This document shows positions 47,546 to 59,890 of a DNA stretch of 64,000 bases, piece by piece. Each line of letters begins with the position of its first letter. Position 1 is the stretch's first letter. A program made the translations under genes and the position numbers. The notes under the pieces were generated by a model. The model searched no databases, was not told where the DNA came from, and worked only from the letters and a program-made list of their open reading frames with translations. Source of the DNA: Glaucostegus cemiculus (lineage: Eukaryota); contig CDPCPM010000176.1 in the NCBI GenBank assembly GCA_976551045.1, forward strand, positions 8,680,001 to 8,744,000. Direction: 5' to 3'.

Positions 47546-48397
47546 TCTTCCTGCTTTCTGCCACGGAGAATTTCATCGCCGGAATCCTCTGTAAACACCT
47601 CCTCCCTGTAGCTGAAGAGCTGCCCTCTGGATTGTTGTGTGGATTCCGTCCAACTAAAGGCACAGTGGAAATGACCTTCACACTGTGATGATCACAAAAA
47701 TGCATTAACCATTATATGTGGCTTTATTTGACCGCAGTAAAGTCTTCTATTCCATCAGTAGGAAGGGACGATGGATCATTCTCCTCAAATTCAGACACCC
47801 ACAGAAATTTATCTCCATCCTACATTTGCTCCATGATGATATACAAGCCATGGTACTAACCAAAGAATTGAGAACAGAACCAATCCCAGTGTAGACTGGT
47901 GTCAAGCAAGACTGTGTCTGTGCCTTGAGACTTTTTCAATCTTTCTCTTTGCAATACTGTACCTCACCTCCAATGAGCTGCTCTGGAATTAACCTACAGC
48001 ACTTATTGGGAAGCAGTTCAGCCTGCATCACTTCCATTCCAGAAGCAATGTCACCCCAATCTCAGTAGCTGCATATGCAGGAGATGCTCTCATTTGGCAT
48101 GGGTCTAGAGGCCGACCTCCTAATCACTGTCCAGTCGGTTACTGAAGTCTATGAGTGGATGGACCTTACACTCAACATCTTCAAGACAACTGACAACTGC
48201 CAACCAGCCCCATTGTACCACACTGTCCTTGGACAGTAAAATTTAATGGTGAGATCCTGAAAAATATGGTCCATTATCTATACCTCATAGAAGGCAGATA
48301 TTTAAGATGAAATTCACCATTGCATTCTGTGCACTAGCTCAGCTTTCAACTGAGTGAGAAAAAGGGTGTTTGAAGATAGACTTCAAACCTACCACAT

Positions 48398-48655
48398 ACA
48401 TGGTAGTGCAGCAATTAGCGCAAAGCTATTACAGTGCCAGCAATCGGGGTTTGATTCCCATCGCTGTCTGTAAGGAGTCTGTATGTTCTCCCGTGTCTGC
48501 GTGGGTTTCCTCCGGGTGCTCCAGTTTCCTCCCACATTGCAAAAACATATGGGTAGGTTCATTTATGTTTAAAATGGGTGGTGCAGACTCATTGAGCCAG
48601 AAGGGCCTGTTACCACACTTTAAATAAAATTTAAAAAAATAAAAATAAAATAAAA
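48398..48655 (+). mobile_element. V-SINE, subfamily A, inserted in the RTE
   Basis: Head, V core and tail gagccagaagggcctgttaccacactttaaataaaatttaaaa. Confidence 0.9.
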
Positions 48656-50149
48656 TGGCTTAATAATTAGTGGTGATTCCACCCTTCTATCTACAGCGGG
48701 AGCTTCAAGTTACTGTGGAGGTACTTAAACAATGTCTCCACAAAATCCTGCAAATCCACTGGCAATATTGAATCCCTAATTACCATCAGTTAGTTCTGTT
48801 GTGTTGGTTACATCACTAACTTGTCCAACACCAAACTCCCGTATCAGACTATGTGTTCCAAACTCTGTCATGGATCGAGGTTACCAAACAGACAGAAGAA
48901 AGGTTCAAGGATGAGTTCAAAGCCTCCTCAAAAGGATGCAATGTCTCTGCTCACTCTTGGGAATATCCGGCCCTGGCAAGTGAAAGTGAAGAAGAGCATT
49001 TGGAGTGCCACCTTGAGATGTGCCAAGATCACGTAGAATCCCATTGTAAGCAATACCTCCTTCCAAATGCCCACCCACTCAACTGGTCCATCTGAAGTTC
49101 CACACTGGTCCCATCAATCACCTCAGACCCCACAAAAAAAAGATGCAAGTTATCCTCAATCCCAAGGAGCTGCCTAAGAAGAAGATAGTTACTGGCAAAG
49201 CTTGAAATTATAGAAAAAGATCTGGGTTTGCATAAAAAGCATACTCAGACTAATTCACATGCAATTACTTTGTAGTGCTGTTACACAAAACAAGTATGAT
49301 CGCTCTTTCTACACAGCAGGGTCTCATAAACCATAAGGTGATAACTGTGCCGTTAATCAATGTGTTTGTTGAGGAAGGAATCTCGTCAAGGCCCTGAAGA
49401 GGGCTCTAAGTCTGTGGAACAGACACACTGATCTAGGGTTTAATGTTATTTCTGAAGGATTCAAAGAAGAAAAACTCAGTCCAGCATGTGAACAGAGTGA
49501 CGTAGGGGGTCAGATTCACCTTAGTAAAGGTAAAGACTTGGGTTAATGAGGCCAGGGAAGAATGCAGGCTGGTCATATGCATTTATTTCTCCGGAATGGT
49601 ATTGACATGCAGGAAGATTACATTAGACTTGGGTTGAACTTTGAAACCATCACAGAGTGCTGTGCATATTCTAGTGTTCATGTTGAACAGAGGTTTCAGA
49701 CATAGAGGAGAAGGTGGAAAAAAATGATTAAGATAATTCATGAAACCAAAGAGGAAATATTTGTTGGAAAGGCTTCACACCTGAAGGCTGAAGGATAATC
49801 TGATAGAAAGCTTTAAAATTATAAATAGTATCAATAAAATAAACGAAGACAACCTGGAAGGTCAATTACACCACTGTGCTTTATACAACTGAAAATCAGT
49901 GAGTGACTATGGTAACTATTTGCATCATTCACAAAATTCATCTGGGCACCTCCTGCTGAAAGTCACCCTGATGGGCTTTCTAATGTCAGAGAGGCCCCAT
50001 CAGCTTAACTTCTGGTGACCCATCACTGCGCTTTCTCAGACTCTCAGCCTTTGGTTTTTCCCTCTGCTCCACATTCCCTTTTGTCCAATTTCCCCAGTCA
50101 ACAACTATACTGGTGTCCCTCTCCCACCAAACCTGCTGGAACAGTGCTG

Positions 50150-50430
50150 ATGTGTCTGTGCATGTGTTGGTATCTGTCTCTGAACCATTGATTGTAGATC
50201 TGTCGTGTGTGCATGTCTGTGTGTTTGTGGCTGTTCACGTGTACATCTGTGTCTGTATATCTGTTCAGGTGTGTCTGTGTGTGTATGTGTGCCTATGTTT
50301 GTTCATGGCTGTGTTTTCATCAGTTCATGTACGTATATCTATCTGTGTCTGTGTGTATGTGCCTGTGTGTGTGTGTGTGTGTGTGTGTCTGTGTGTCTGT
50401 GTGTCTGTGTCTGTGTGGGTGCGTATGTAC
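50150..50430. repeat. Degenerate (TG)n microsatellite region
   Basis: Pure (TG)n core at about 50364-50388 with TGTC/TGTA variants around it. Confidence 0.93.
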
Positions 50431-50879
50431 CACATGGAAGCATGTAGATGAGTACATATAGATGTACAAAGACGTTCATCTGAGCTGTGACATGCCCCCT
50501 GAGAAAACAACCCCTCAGACCTCACTGTCCTGCTCCCTTCTCAGGTAGAAATGAAGAGTAAACACCGAGTTATGTTCTGGAGGGTTGGTGGAGTGTGTGA
50601 AGTTTTTAGAAGTGAATGGAAATGATTTATCCAAAATGAGGAAGTGGGAGGCTGAGGAATACAGTGGTGGTTACACAGGCACACGTGGCAGATGGCTTTC
50701 AACATCCCTACAAACCGCACTGAGCTAAATGAGCAGCCATTGTGCCTGTGGTAATGGCTGTGGGAGATACAGCGTGAAAGTTCAGCAAATTAAAATGCCT
50801 TGCTGGCAGAATCTCAGAATAACCAAGAAAAGCTCTGAGAAAATTCTTAAAATAATAATAAGGGAAGCTGAAGCTGTCA

Positions 50880-51730
50880 AGGAATCAACAGTGCACTCAG
50901 GCTGCACTTACTCACCAATGACTGCATGACCCATGCCCAGTTTAACTGTAGACCTCACTACCGCTTTGGTCCAAACGTAGACCAAAGTGCTGAATTCCAG
51001 AGGTAGGGTGAAAATATCTGTCCTTGACATTAAGACTGAGTGTGGCTTCAAGGAGTCCTGGTAAACTGAAGCCAATAGACATCAAAGGGAAAACAAGAAG
51101 GAAGGCTGTCATTGTCAGAGGTCAACTTACCCAGCTCCTGGACGTCACTGCAGGAGTTCCTTCTTCATCTGCCTCGTCAATGACCTCCCTTCCATCGAAG
51201 AGAGGATGTTCACTGATGATTGCACAGTATTCAATTCCATTCACAACTCTTCAGCAAAGCACGATAGCGTAGCGGTTAGCGCGACGCTGTTACAGCGCCA
51301 GCGATCGGGGTTCGATTCCCGTCGTTGCCTGTAAGGAGTTTGTACATTCTCCCATGTCTGCGTGGGTTTCCTCCGGGTGCCCCGGTTTCCTCCCACATTC
51401 TGAAAGACGTACGAGTAGGTTAATTTGGGGGTTTAAAAATGGGCGGCGTGGACTCGGAGGGCGAAAGGGCCTGTTACCACACTGTAAATAAAATTTTTAA
51501 AAAATTTAAAAAAACCAAATCAGCACATGTTTGCATGCAGCAAGACCTGAACAACATTCAGGCATGTGTTTATAAACAGTAAGTAACTTTCATGCCACGA
51601 AAGAGCAGGCAATGACCATCTCCAACAAGGGACAATCTAAGCACTTACCCTCGACATTAACATTGTCCATTCCCCTACAATCAACGTCCAGGAGATCATA
51701 ATTGATCAGACCCTCAACTGGATCACTCTT
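50880..51730 (+). mobile_element. Old non-LTR retrotransposon RT region (CR1/L2 group, distinct from the dominant CR1s) interrupted by a SINE
   Basis: DLTTALVQT, LNSRG.V...LDIK, DVTAGVP, atgttcactgatgattgc (MF.DDC), QQDLNNIQA, attgatcagaccctcaactgg (IDQ.LNW). Confidence 0.72.
51258..51514 (+). mobile_element. Young V-SINE, subfamily A
   Basis: CpG-rich head tagcgtagcggttagcgcgacgctgttacagcgccagcgatcggggttcgattccc, V core, CR1-like tail, AT-rich end. Confidence 0.94.
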
Positions 51731-52234
51731 GTAACTACTTATTGTACACTGGGGCATAATAACTGGTATGAGCTCGAGAGGGAGAATAACCCAAAAGAGT
51801 GGGAGCTGCTGCTTCTAGTTGTGGGGCCAAATGGGGAGCTTTACTGTTGTGAGGGTAGGAGATGGGAGAAGACACCACAGTCGATGAAACATTGCGCTAC
51901 CGGTGGGGAGTATCCAGGCATCATTGTAATTGCTCTTTTCCCAAAAAAATCTCACGCGTGATGTCAAAGACATGAGAGCCTCTCTCATGATTTGACGCCT
52001 TGCTTTACTCCAGAAGAAGCCTTTTGCTGCTCTTGATTCTCATTCATTCCTTGGACACGTGCACACGGTGCAGTATCACCTCACCAGTGTCACCATGCCC
52101 ACCGACTGATATCACTACTTTGTGCCCAGTGGTCTCCCCGGGCAACCATGTTCTACATATGAGAACCGCGCTGTTACTTACCAAAGTGTGCATGGAAGTG
52201 CTACACATAAAAATCATTGCATACCACATTGGAG

Positions 52235-52545
52235 TGATGCAACATTTAGCACGGCCGCAGAGCTCAGAGCTTCAGCTACCCACATTTGATCCTGACCTGC
52301 AGTGCTGTTTGTGTGAAGTAACCACACTCTCTCGGTGACTGCCCCAATGCTTCGGCTTTCCTCCCACATCCCAAGGGAGTGCTGGTTGGCTAAGTGGCCA
52401 CTGCAAATTGCCCCCCAATGGAAGTGAGTTGATTGGCGTGTGGGAGAAAATAAGTGAGAGAGAATAAGTTGCAAGGCTATTGGAACAAAGGGAGGAGGAC
52501 TAATGGGATGCTCAACTGGGAGAGGCATGGACTTCTGCTGTAATA
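52235..52545 (+). mobile_element. Very old V-SINE-like copy
   Basis: tttgatcctgacctgcagtgctgtttgtgtgaagt, ggctttcctcccacatcccaagg, ggccactgcaaattgcccc. Confidence 0.7.
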
Positions 52546-52744
52546 ATAAGTAAGTAACCACACAATATGATTACCAACATGTAATGTTTGGCAACAGATA
52601 ACACGGCCAACTCATTTGATTGTTTCTTACTCCCATAAAGGCATTTGATTGTAACTCAGATCTTAAAGGTTCTGTGAGCTCCCATTTTCAAGTCCTTCAT
52701 TTGCTTAAGTAGAAATGCAGTTTTACCAAGTCACTTGAGGAGAA

Positions 52745-52870
52745 CTGATTCCCTTTCCTTGGGAAAAAAACTGAGTGTATTCACCCTATCTATGCCCCTC
52801 ATGATTTTATACACCTCTGTGAAATCATCTCTAAGTCTGCCACTCTCCAAAGAAAAAACTTCTAACCTGT
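52745..52870 (-). mobile_element. CR1 fragment
   Basis: tcaccctatctatgcccctcatgattttatacacctct is the reverse of EVYKIMRGIDRV. Confidence 0.8.
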
Positions 52871-54179
52871 GCCAAACATGTATTCCATGTGCTCAATATG
52901 TCTTGAGGTGTGGAATTAAAGAGAGCGGCAGAGATACAAGGAGATTTAAGGAGGGAATTCCTGAGCATGGAGCCTCAAAGGCTGAAAGTAGAGCTGTTCG
53001 TGATGGAGCAGCGAGAACTGGGGGAGCGACTAAAGTTGACAAGTGCAGGATTCTAGTGTGAGAAAAGATTGCAGAGCTTGGGTGGAAAGAGAACATTAAG
53101 AGATTTGCAAAGAGGGATGTTAAAATTGGGATGATTCCGGATTAGGAGGCAATGTGGATCAATGAACACTCTGAATCAATGGGAGAATGGAACTTGGATG
53201 AACTAGAAGCAATCCAAGCTTATCACTGCTACAGGAGAGAACACTGATTTGTGGTCGGAGCACATTTAGATCCAACATAGTGGTTAATGTATGGCTCTGT
53301 AATGTGAGGTGATGGTACCTTGCCTTAGATCTCAGTGAGTTGAAAACTGAGGGCAGTCTTCTCTGTCCCACAGGTTGACCTGAGGTCACACCTCAGACCC
53401 CAGTGAGCCTGCCACTGTTCCTCTGGCCTACATGAAAAAGGCTAGATGATTTTCGCAGGCCTCTCACCAGTAACAGAGAAACTGGGCACAGTCATTTATC
53501 AAATGTCACTGGTCTTCCTGAAATGAGCGTGCCTCTGGGGTGCCTGTTGTTTAACCAAGGGTGGTGGGATGGGGCCAGATCTGAAGGGATCAGCATGCAG
53601 TGTTCACACAAGGCCTCTCTGGTGGCATTTGTACAAAGTGCTGATGCAGTCAGCGCCGAGTTTGATAGATTTGTTGTTGTCATTAATGCAACTGCTCCAA
53701 ACAGATAACGTGGAATCATTAACTCCTTTGTCCCATTCAGAAGTCTCAGCTCAGATATCTATCAGCCTGGATAGGTTAATGGTGGGTCACCGTCCACTGA
53801 TCAAGCCAGAAGCCATGCAGATGACAAGCACGTGTCTGCAGTGGTAGATCACCACCTAGATCACCACATAACCCGAGAATAGTCTCACCAGCAACTGAAT
53901 TCCCAAGAATATTTTATTGGTTCTGATTAAACACACTGTGAATAAGAGCTGTCTGTGAGAACAAACCAAAGCAAATGGTTTCCAAGTAGTACCAGTGCTT
54001 TCATGCTTTTAAAAACATTAAGATTCACTTTCCTTTGTTCTTATTTGATTAAAAGTATTGCATAGGCTGTCCTACTGTGTAGAATGATCTGGTGAGAGAA
54101 TGCTTCACTAAGTATAGTTCAGATAATGTGGCAGGCAAGGTATGTTTCATTTTGTTTTGTATGGCTGGAATCAGATTAA

Positions 54180-54535
54180 AGAGCAGCACAGTGGTGTAGC
54201 AGTTAGCAACACTGTCTCGCATCTCCAGGGACCAGTTTTGATCCTGATCTCGGATGCTGTATGTGTAGAGTTTGTGCATCAGTTTCATGACTGTGTGGAT
54301 TTCTTCCGGGTGTTCCAGTTTTATCTCAGATCCTAAAGATGTGCTGGTAGTGGTTACTGTAAACTACCCCAGGTGAGGTGATGGCAGAAAGGGGAGTTGA
54401 TGAACATGTGCAAGAGAGAATGAGTTGCAAAAGTACAGGGAAGTAGGAAAGGGGAATGGATCTGGTGGGACTGTTCCCCTGGCAACTAGCATGGACCCAA
54501 TGGGTAGAGTAGACAGACATCTCTGTTCTTGTAAG
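54180..54535 (+). mobile_element. Very old V-SINE-like copy
   Basis: cacagtggtgtagcagttagcaacactgtctcgcatctccagggacc..tttgatcctgatctcggatgctgtatgtgtagagtttg. Confidence 0.72.
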
Positions 54536-54609
54536 TATGAGAAAAGACAGCTTGAGGATGGCACTCCCCACCCTACGTTTGTTGGGAAGCCTGGATTAAC
54601 AATACAAAA

Positions 54610-54715
54610 TTCCAGTCCTGATGCAGGATCTCGAGTGGAATGACCATTCTTTTCCCTCCACAGACACTGCCTGATGCACTCCATTCCTCTAGCACTATAT
54701 ATTTTGCACACAAGT
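54610..54715 (+). mobile_element. Penelope-like arm, decayed
   Basis: ccagtcCTGATGCagg...ctccacagacactgcctga...cctctagca. Confidence 0.5.
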
Positions 54716-55608
54716 TTGCTAATTTCCTGAATATTTGCCAAAGGAAATCTAAGTGATCAGGGACATCCTGTGGGAATGGTAACCCTTTTCGTTTTGAACT
54801 CAACAATGCCCTGTGTAGGTTGTAGGAAGTCTGGGATCTCGTCCCTCATCAAACAAAATTTTCAGCAACCACAGTGGACCTTCTGTCCACTATTTTAAGA
54901 TGGGCATTACCTCAGGGAATATGACTTCTTTCTTGAGCTTCTAGCTGTGGCTCAGTGGTAACACTTCCTCTTCTCACAAGCAGATTGTGGGTTCAGGCCC
55001 TTCCTTAGTGAATCTTGGCAGACACTTCAATGTTTCAATACGGAATAACGGTGATATCGGACTTCCACAACTTCCAAAGTTGTTTGGAATTAATATCATT
55101 GCTATAAAGCAAGGGAAGAAGTGACCAATGTATACACAGAAGGACATGTGCAATTAAATAATCACTATTTTAAGTGTTATATTTGTCAGGATTATTGATG
55201 TTGGTGGGTTATGCATTTGGCTGGTGGGCAACTCCCCCGGTTTCTTTGTTAGAATTAGTGCTTCAGGAGTTGTTATATCTACCTGAGAAGGAGACAATGT
55301 CTTGGTTCATTGCTGCACCAAACCTTACTTCACTGTAGCATTGGCTGTGACTTTAGGCTTGTGTCTCTGGAGTAGAACTACTGAGCAAAGGCTGACCCAC
55401 TCCACAAGTGTGTATTGAGCCATGGTCCTGGGAAGGGTCATGGTGAGGTTGAACAAGCTCTCCCACCGTAGGGTTGCTGCAAAACTGGTCAAACCCAATG
55501 GAAACTTGAAAGCAAATAACACCAAGTTCCAATTTTACACCAATAACCAAGGATGAGACCACTGCCTGTCCCTGACAAGCAAAACATGACATGGAGGTGG
55601 AGCATGGA

Positions 55609-55907
55609 GGGCAGATACGGTAGTGCAGCGGTTAGTCTAACACTATTACAGCGCCAGAGACCTGGGGTTCGATTCCGGCTACTCTCTGTAAGGAGTTTGT
55701 ACGTTCTCCCCATGTCTGTGTGGGTTTCCTCCGGGTGCTCCGGTTTCCTCCCACATTCCAAAGATATACAGGTTAGGAAGTTGTGGGCATGCTATGTTGG
55801 CGCCAAAAGCGTGGTGACGCTTGTGGGCTGCCCCCAGAATACTCCACGCAAAATGATGTATTTCACTGTGTGTTTCGATGTGCGTGCGAGGAATAAAGGT
55901 ATCTTAA
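55609..55907 (+). mobile_element. Young V-SINE, subfamily B (Rex1-like tail)
   Basis: Head and V core as in subfamily A, then gctatgttggcgccaaaagcgtggtgacgcttgtgggctgcccccagaa...tttcactgtgtgtttcgatgtgcgtgcgaggaataaag. Confidence 0.92.
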
Positions 55908-56084
55908 CTGGCTGACGAAATCCTTGTGTGAGATTCGCTGCTACATAGGCTGTAACGAGACTTGCACTGGCTGTGGGATTGGATACATACCAGGCATGGA
56001 CTCCTTGCAAGTGGACATCCAGAGGTACAACAGCCTAATGATTATACAATCCTACAGAATGGGGGCTATGATTGAAAGATGGAA

Positions 56085-56270
56085 ATGGAAACTAATTCAC
56101 TTAGGTCCTTCAGGAAAGGGAATTTACCTAAAGTATGTGATCTGACCTATGTGTAACTCCAGTGTCACAGCCTCTTAATGCTTTTCAGAGCAATTTGAAA
56201 AGGGTAATAAATGCCCCTTTAGCCAACAATATCCATATCTTCTGTGCAAATAGTCAATAAAAAATAAACA
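56085..56270 (+). mobile_element. Old SINE-like repeat (same family as 24600-24940)
   Basis: ttcacttaggtccttcaggaaagggaattt...tctgacctatgtgtaactccag...gggtaataaatgccc. Confidence 0.5.
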
Positions 56271-56887
56271 TAAAAGTCCAAACAAATCGACATTCACGAA
56301 CTTTGCTGAGTGAAAAGTAAGATGAGCAGAAAAATAGAAGAGAGTTTAAAGAAATGGACAGACCCCCACTGGATAGTCTCCAAACACAGGGACAGTTGTC
56401 GCAATATACTCCTCTTCAACTGCATATGGACAATGCACCTAACTCTTGTTGTTGATTTCCTCAGCAATTTGAGCCTCAGCGAGTAGGGGGATTGACCATC
56501 ATTAGCTGAGATCATCAAAGATGACCTGATTCCTCAGATCAAATCCTCTTTGGACATCCCGCTTCCTCCACTCCCCACAAACTATACACTTTCTACTTCC
56601 ACCCCACCGCTCCCTTCAACACAACTCTGTCTTTGGACTTCTTCCTTGGAGACAGCCAAGGACTGAATCCTGGCCAGGTTGTGCAGGAGAATGAGTCAGT
56701 GAAAACACACTGTCACTTGATTCAACCCTTCGAGAATCCAGCTTCAGTACTACAACTTTATATAACAGAGAAGGTGGGCTAGAGATGGGATCACCATGTG
56801 CTCTCCCTGAACATAAGTGACCTAATAGCCAGGGGAGGGGAAAGGTAGCCCAGGCACCTGGTCCTTTGACAGCAAGACTGCATATGG

Positions 56888-57020
56888 AGAAGAAGGGTCC
56901 TGACCCAAAACGTTGACCGCCTGCTTTTCTCCACGGATGCTGCCTGGCCTGCTGAGTTCCTTCAGCATCATCATGTTTTTCCATCTATATTCCAGCATCT
57001 GCAGTCCTTTGTTTGTCTAG
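56888..57020 (+). mobile_element. Penelope-like terminal arm with truncated hammerhead core
   Basis: GAAGAagggtcctgacccAAAACGTTgac...ctccacggatgctgcctggcctgctgagttccttcagca...ttccagcatctgcagtc. Confidence 0.78.
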
Positions 57021-57074
57021 TAAGACTGCACATCAGGTTTTTTTCCTTCTGCACAAGGCTGTACTGTGGTTAGA

Positions 57075-58290
57075 CAAGTCAGCAGGTTAAACAAAGGAGA
57101 GTCGGTGGATATTATTTACTTGGATGTTCAGGCCTTTGACAAGGTACCACACGTGAGGCTGCTAAACAAGAGCCATGGTGTCAGAGGCAATGTACTAACA
57201 TGGATAAAAGATTGGCTGACTGTCAGAAGGCAGGCAGTGGGGATAAAGGAGTCCTTTTCAGAATTCTGCCGGTGACTAGTGGAATTCCACTCAGTCAGTG
57301 TTGGGACCACAACTTTTCACTTGAAGCATTAATGATCTGGATGAAGGAATTGATGGCATTGTGGCCAAGTTTGCAGATGATACCAAGATAGGTGGAGGTA
57401 CAGCAGTGTAGTGGAGGCAGGGAGTCTGCAGAAAGACTTGGACACGTTGGGAGACTGGGCAAAGAAGTGGCAGGTGGAATACAGTGTAGGGAAGTGTGGG
57501 GTTATGCACTTTGGCAGGAAGAATGAAAGTGGAGACTATTTTCTAAATGGGGAGAAAATTCAGAAATCAGAAGTACAAAAGGACTTGGGAGTCCTAGCTC
57601 AGGATTCCCTTAAAGTTAACTTGCTGAATGACACTGTAGTAAAGAAGGCAAATGCAATGCTAGCATTCATTTTGAGAGGACTAGAATATAAAAGCAAGGA
57701 AGTAATGCTGAGGCTTTATAAGGTGTTGGTCAGACCACATTTGGAATATAGTGAGCAATTTTGCGCCTCGTGTCTAAGGAAGGATGTGCTGGTGCTGGAG
57801 AGGGTCCAGAGGTGGTTCACAAGAATGATCCCAGGATTGAAAGGCTTAACATATGAGGAGTGTTTGATGTCTCTGGGCCTGTAGTTGATGGAGTTCAGAA
57901 GGATGAGGGAGGATTTTATTAAAACCTCCTAGATATTGGAAGGTCTGGATAGAGTGGATGTGGAGAGGATGTATCCATCACTGGGAGAGTCTAGGATCCA
58001 AGGATACAGCCTCAGAATAAAGGGACGTCCCTTTAAAACTGAGAGGAGGAATTTCTTCAGCCAGTAGGTGGTGAATCCATGGAATTTGTTGCCACAGATG
58101 GCTGTGCAGGCCAAGTCATTGGGTGTATTTAAGGCAGAGATTGATGGGTTCTTGTTTAGTAAAAGGGTTAAAGGTGATGGGGAGAAGGCGTGAGAATGGG
58201 ATTGAAAAAATATCAGCTATGATTGAATGGCGGAGCAGACATGATGGGCCGAATGGTCTAATTCTGCTGCAATATCTTATGGTTTTATGG
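57075..58290 (+). mobile_element. CR1 LINE RT plus 3' UTR, frameshifted
   Basis: GESVDIIYLD.QAFDKVPH, AKFADDTKIGG, LQKDLDTLGDWAKKWQVEY...LYKVLVRPHLEY; tail tcttatggttttatgg. Confidence 0.95.
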
Positions 58291-58507
58291 ATTAAGATTT
58301 TGAGGGACCAATCCAAAGTGCTCAGTGTTATGCATGGTGCACTTGGCAAGTGTGGCGGCAGCATCAAGGAACATGGAAAAGTGCCACACCAGTCTTGGAA
58401 CCGTCACATCAGGTGGCATATTTCAGATGGGTGTCCTTTCTGCACTGCAGACACCCTGAGCATTGCACCAGGTCTCTGTGGGAAGTTACTCCCACAGAGA
58501 CCTGGAT

Positions 58508-58958
58508 AGAACATAGAACATAACAGCACAGTACAGGCCCTTCGGCCCACAATGTTGTGCTGACACTTTATCCTGCTCTAAGATTTATCTAACCCTTCCC
58601 TCCCACATAGACCCCATTTCTCTATCGTTCATGTGGCTAAGAGTCTCTTAAGTGTCCCAATTGTACCTGCCCCCACCACCTCTGTCAGCAGTGTGTTCCA
58701 CACACCCACCACTCTCTGTGTAAAAAAAACTTACCCCTGACATCCCCCTTATACCTTCCTCCAATCACCTTAAAATTATGTCCCCTCGCATTAGCCATTG
58801 TCGCCCTCAGAAAAAGTCTCTGATTGTCCACCTGATCTGTGCCTCTTATCATCTTGTACACCTCTATCAAGTCACCTCTCATCCCCCTTCTCTCCAAAGA
58901 GAAAAACCTTAGCTCACTCAACCTATCCTCATAAGACATGCTCTCCAATCCAGGCAAC
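58508..58958 (-). mobile_element. CR1 3' end
   Basis: ORF 58685-59005(-) LPGLESMSYEDRLSELRFFSLERRGMRGDLIEVYKMIRG...; tail tagaacatagaacata (reverse of TTCTATG repeats). Confidence 0.94.
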
Positions 58959-58994
58959 GTCCTTAGATTTGGCACCTTGAGATGCCCTGATGTC

Positions 58995-59340
58995 GTGAGA
59001 GGCAAGTATCTCCTTCATTGTTTTCTCATATCGAATGTAATATGTCAATGTACAACAATAAACTATTATTTTGAAAATTATTTAAAAGTTTTGTTTTGAA
59101 AAAAATGTCAAGTTTAATCTCATAATTATAATGAAAAGCGAATGTAACTGCTGATCAGCAGCTAATGGGAAATGTGGAGCAGCTCATTGCTATTAAACCC
59201 AACTTGGCAATCCATCCATATTTGTCATTAAACATTTTGTTGGATAAATAATGTGGATAAATGAACCAGTCACATTTGCCCAGGATAATATATGTAAAAT
59301 GAATCAATGACAAATTATCAGGGAGCATCCACTTTTTTTA
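58995..59340. promoter_or_regulatory. Candidate conserved non-coding element
   Basis: Unique AT-rich sequence with CATTGT/AACAAT Sox-type sites, TAATTA (59123), several TGTCA/TGACA and palindrome CTGCTGATCAGCAG (59148-59161). Confidence 0.45.
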
Positions 59341-59444
59341 TATAAGAAATGGAATTTTTTTGAAAAGAAGCACCCAGTCGAAAAATGTCTCAATAACATA
59401 AGGTGAGATGATCTGACTTCATAATTTTAGGAAATAAGGAGCAA

Positions 59445-59700
59445 TTAGATTCATGTTCCCTCAGACATCCAGGAGGTTTTTAGAGCTAACGAAGGGTTGT
59501 CACTTTTGCATAGTAGGAAATTTACAGCGAATGTGTGCACAGCAAGAAGCCACAATCAGTAATAATTTTAGTGATGATGGCTGAAGGGTAAACATTCACT
59601 TTGGTCTATTTGAAAACGTGTCATTGGATTTTTTTACATGTACCCCAGGTAGCATACGAGGACCCGTCTTCAGATCTGGTCTGAACGAAGGTCTCAAAAT
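59445..59700 (-). mobile_element. Deu-SINE-like relic
   Basis: ctcagacatccagg, gtaggaaatttacagcgaatgtgtgcacagcaagaagccacaa, ttttagtgatgatggctgaagggtaaacatt; reverse of the 32230-32395 layout. Confidence 0.55.
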
Positions 59701-59890
59701 GTGGAGCGGAAAGTGGAAGGCTTGAAAATTGCAGTCACATGAAATTGGCTGGCATCAAAAGACCAGCGTATCTACAGACCTGCCCAGTCATCATGACTGG
59801 TACACTAGAGGCAGGAAACTATCCCAAGACAAGTGCCCAGACCAGAGAAACCCAGTGTTATTTCAAGAAGACTGAGGGAGTTCGTTAAAT

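Larger units (their letters stand above)
46950..49185 (+). mobile_element. Decayed RTE-clade LINE (RT region to 3' end) interrupted by two insertions
   Basis: GELIMDREAV..EH, DGVPAEVL, IWEE, CDNYRGV, then after an insert LLSA...ILCKHLLPVAEEL, CGFRPTKGTVEM, TGVKQDCV, VFEDR, RFKDEFKASSKGCNV...WEYPA; ends cctaagaagaaga. Confidence 0.85.

Noticed and set aside
50113-50525. Cys/Val-rich ORFs (also 12706-13000)
   Set aside because: Translations of (TG)n/(CA)n microsatellites.
51258-51330. tRNA gene
   Set aside because: tRNA-derived SINE head that runs into the V core and a LINE-like tail and recurs many times in the window.
56645-56680. Short resemblance (gccaaggactgaat) to LF-SINE
   Set aside because: About 14 nt of similarity from memory with no supporting flanks; not supportable without an HMM search.
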